Notes under the pieces: model-generated
Databases searched by the model: none
What the model was told of the DNA's origin: nothing
What the model saw: only the letters and a program-made list of their open reading frames with translations
Assembly: GCF_964355755.1 (NCBI RefSeq)
Contig: NC_092679.1
Location: 4,866,201-4,930,200 of the forward strand
Length of the DNA: 64,000 nucleotides
Reading direction: 5' to 3'
Source: Antedon mediterranea
Taxonomy: Eukaryota; Animalia; Echinodermata
In this document: in pieces, positions 60,874-64,000 of the stretch
Numbering within the stretch: position 1 is the stretch's first letter
How the letters are laid out: each line of letters opens with the position of its first letter
Translations under genes and position numbers: made by a program

Positions 60874-61964
60874 TTGGTTGTCATTTTTTGACGCTAAAAA
60901 TGTAGTAAGCATTTTATACTTATTTTACACCAACAGATGGTTCAAATATCTGTCCCCTACTGTATATAAAATATAGAATTGGTTCAGAGGATGTTTTTCT
61001 TTCGCACCTGCCTTTCTTGTATTTTGACTCCAAATTTGTTAACTGACTTTATTCTGAATATCAAACTTTAAAATTAGGACTTATATAAGAACTTTCAGGA
61101 GGAAAAGCACATAAAAACAAATAAATAAATCCTTTAAATTGATGTTTTTACAGACGTGTTTCTTTGTATACTGAGTGTAACTCCTCCCATGCTCAATGTT
61201 TTTGTTTCTATGTAGCGCCAAAAGAGCAACAATAATAGTACAAGTATAAAAACAGAAAGAAAACGAAACAAAAAACTTATTATCATGATTTTAAATTAAA
61301 ATTTATTTGCGAGTGTTTATTTCTTCGTACTAGCATGATTATACTATTATTATTACAATTTTAATTTTACATTGTTCCATCCACACTTTAGATGGACTCC
61401 ACAGAGTTTTCAGCACTCTATATAATTTTGCTCTTTTGACGTTCCATAGAAACAAAAACATTGAACATGATGTAGGCGGCTATGTACAGATATGTTCGGA
61501 CCCCCAAAATGAAGACAGGAGCATGTTCATGTACATTGATTATTAACAACTTAGGGAGTTTGAAAGGAAGATGTGATTGGATATTGAGGGAGAGCGTCAT
61601 TTCGACGATCGATCATTCTCTACTCTCTATTTAGAGAATGACGGATTAATGAATAAATAATATGATCAAAACTATGGAGCACCAATCATTGTTTTGTCTA
61701 GCAACCTAAAGAAATTGCCTGTCGTACATGTTTACAACACTAAATGTTTAAAATTTCATTTCTTTCGCTCTGACACTACAGATTTCAAAATAAGTTTTTT
61801 TCTGTGGAAAGTCCTGCGTTGCAGTAAAAAGCCGATGGGATGGTAATTGTCTTTATCATTCAATATCCCGTATTTTTTGTGTAATTATATTTTTCTAATT
61901 AATAAAAGATTTTTTATTTTGTGTATGTACAGTACTTGTATCTGAATATTTGTTACTTGCAGCC

Positions 61965-64000
61965 AAATATACCATCATTTTGGGTATATGGAACACAATG
62001 CATTATATATGATAATTATTATATAATGAGCAATGAGGCCGTTTTTTTTTTCTTTTTTTTTTTTTTTTTATTCATACTCATCCAACAGCGAGTAACTCGC
62101 CAATTACAGGATGGATAAACTATTTAATAATTTATCGTGCTTATAAACTAAGTCTCATTTGAGGCTTAGGGAGTGGAGTTGAAAGAGTCATGAGTTACAA
62201 CCCTGCACTAGGTCAGGATTGAACCCGGGACCTTGGGATTGGAAGGCAAGCACGTTAACCACCAAGCTACAGCTCCACTTCCTATATTAAAGCATTGTGT
62301 TCATGTGGTATCATTTTGGGTATATGGAACACAATGCATTATATATGATGAATAAACCACTGTAATATGAGGCCGTTTTCCTATGTTAAAGCATTGTGTT
62401 CCTGCTGGGGTTATCATTTTGGGTATATGGAACACAATGCATTATAATGATAAATAAACCATTGTAATAAGCAATGAGGCCGTTTTCCTATGTTAAAGCA
62501 TTGTGTTCCTGGGGTATCATTTTGGGTATATGAAACACAATGCATTATATATGATGAATAAACCACTATAAGCAATGAGGCCGTTTTCCTATGTTAAAGC
62601 ATTGTGTTCCTGTGGTATCATTTTGGGTATATGGAACACAATGCATTATATATGATAAATAAACCACTGTAATAAGCAATGAGGCCGTTTTCTATGTTAA
62701 AGCATTGTGTTCATGTGGTATCATTTTGGGTATATGGAACACAATGCATTATATATAATGAATAAACCACTGTAATAAGCAATGAGGCCGTTTTCCTATG
62801 TTAAAGTATTGTGTTCCTGGGGTATCATTTTGGGTATATGAAACACAATGTATTATATATGATGAATAAACCACTGTAATAAGCAATGAGGCCGTTTTCT
62901 ATGTTAAAGCATTGTGTTCATGTGGTATCATTTTGGGTATATGGAACACAATGCATTATATATAATGAATAAACCACTGTAATAAGCAATGAGGCCGTTT
63001 TCCTATGTTAAAGCATTGTGTTCCTGGGGTATCATTTTGGGTATATGGAACACAATGCATTATAGATAATGAATTAACCACTGTAATGAGGCCGTTTTCC
63101 TATGTTAAAGCATTGTGTTCCTGGGGTATCATTTTGGGTATATGGAACACAATGCATTATAGATAATGAATTAACCACTGTAATAAGCAATGAGGCCGTT
63201 TTTCTATGTTAAAGCATTGTGTTCATGTGGTATCATTTTGAGTATGTAACACAATGCATTTATACAGTAATGAATAAACCACTTCAATAAGCAATGAGGC
63301 CGTTTTCCTATGTTAAAGCATTGTGTTCCTGTGGTATCATTTTGGGTATATGGAACACAATGCATTATAGGCTAATGAATAAACCACTGTAATGAGGCCG
63401 TTTTCCTATGTTAAAGCATTGTGTTCCTGGGGTATCATTTTGGGTATATGGAACACAATGCATTATATATAATGAATAAACCACTGTAATATGAGGCCGT
63501 TTTCCTATGTTAAAGCATTGTGTTCCTGGGGTATCATTTTGGGTATATGGAACACAATGCATTATATTTGATGAATAAACCACTGTAATAAGCAATGAGG
63601 CCGTTTTCTATGTTAAAGCATTGTGTTCATGTGGTATCATTTTGGGTATATGGAACACAATGCATTATATATAATGAATAAACCACTGTAATAAGCAATG
63701 AGGCCGTTTTCCTATGTTAAAGCATTGTGTTCATGTGGTATCATTTTGAGTATGTAACACAATGCATTTATACAGTAATGAATAAACCACTTCAATAAGC
63801 AAAGAGGCCGTTTTCCTATGTTAAAGCATTGTGTTCCTGTGGTATCATTTTGGGTATATGGAACACAATGCATTATAGGCTAATGAAAAAACCACTGTAA
63901 TATGAGGCCGTTTTCCTATGTTAAAGCATTGTGTTCCTGGGGTATCATTTTGGGTATATGGAACACAATGCATTATATAATGAATAAACCACTGTAATAT
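61965..64000. repeat. ~100-104-bp satellite array continuing beyond the window
   Basis: Unit gaggccgttttcctatgttaaagcattgtgttcctggggtatcattttgggtatatggaacacaatgcattatat...aaaccactgtaataagcaat with an internal inverted repeat gcattgtgttcc/ggaacacaatgc; at least 17 units. Confidence 0.97.
62042..62279 (-). mobile_element. tRNA-derived SINE with poly(A) tail inserted in the first satellite unit
   Basis: Minus strand: TAGCTTGGTGG A-box, GGTTCAATCC B-box, body and AATAAA followed by poly(A); it splits the satellite motif gaggccgtttt|cctat. Confidence 0.8.

Noticed and set aside
60304-60976. ORFs of 163-202 aa with NQIDIDV / SISIWFT repeats (also 58599-58966)
   Set aside because: Artefacts of a stop-free 21-bp minisatellite that is open in several frames on both strands; no splice context.

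Overview
AT-rich, intron-rich animal genomic DNA, not prokaryotic. It is most likely an invertebrate deuterostome such as an echinoderm; this is inferred from Deu-domain SINEs, an AHNAK/periaxin-type PDZ domain and an invertebrate-type 18S snoRNA guide. All host genes are on the + strand. In order: (1) the 3' part of an adhesion GPCR gene (GPS + 7TM, ends at 6275); (2) a complete 10-exon EEF1G gene (11502-25444) with a 5'TOP-like start, three intronic U82/SNORD82-like C/D snoRNAs and a four-level nested transposon stack in intron 4; (3) a ~2614-aa gene (29504-43474) with an MGNSCC acylation motif, an AHNAK/periaxin-type PDZ domain and a 7.5-kb terminal exon, lying just downstream of EEF1G as AHNAK does in human; (4) three tandem pannexin/innexin-superfamily channel genes (49136-59954) that share an extracellular-loop-2 glycosylation sequon and carry Glu where PANX1 has the selectivity residue R75. 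Intergenic and intronic space holds LINE fragments, tRNA-derived SINEs, MITEs, a Helentron-like element, a Penelope-type minimal hammerhead ribozyme and many tandem repeats. Gene models were built by hand from splice signals and reading-frame continuity. Family assignments come from recalled motifs, not database searches.
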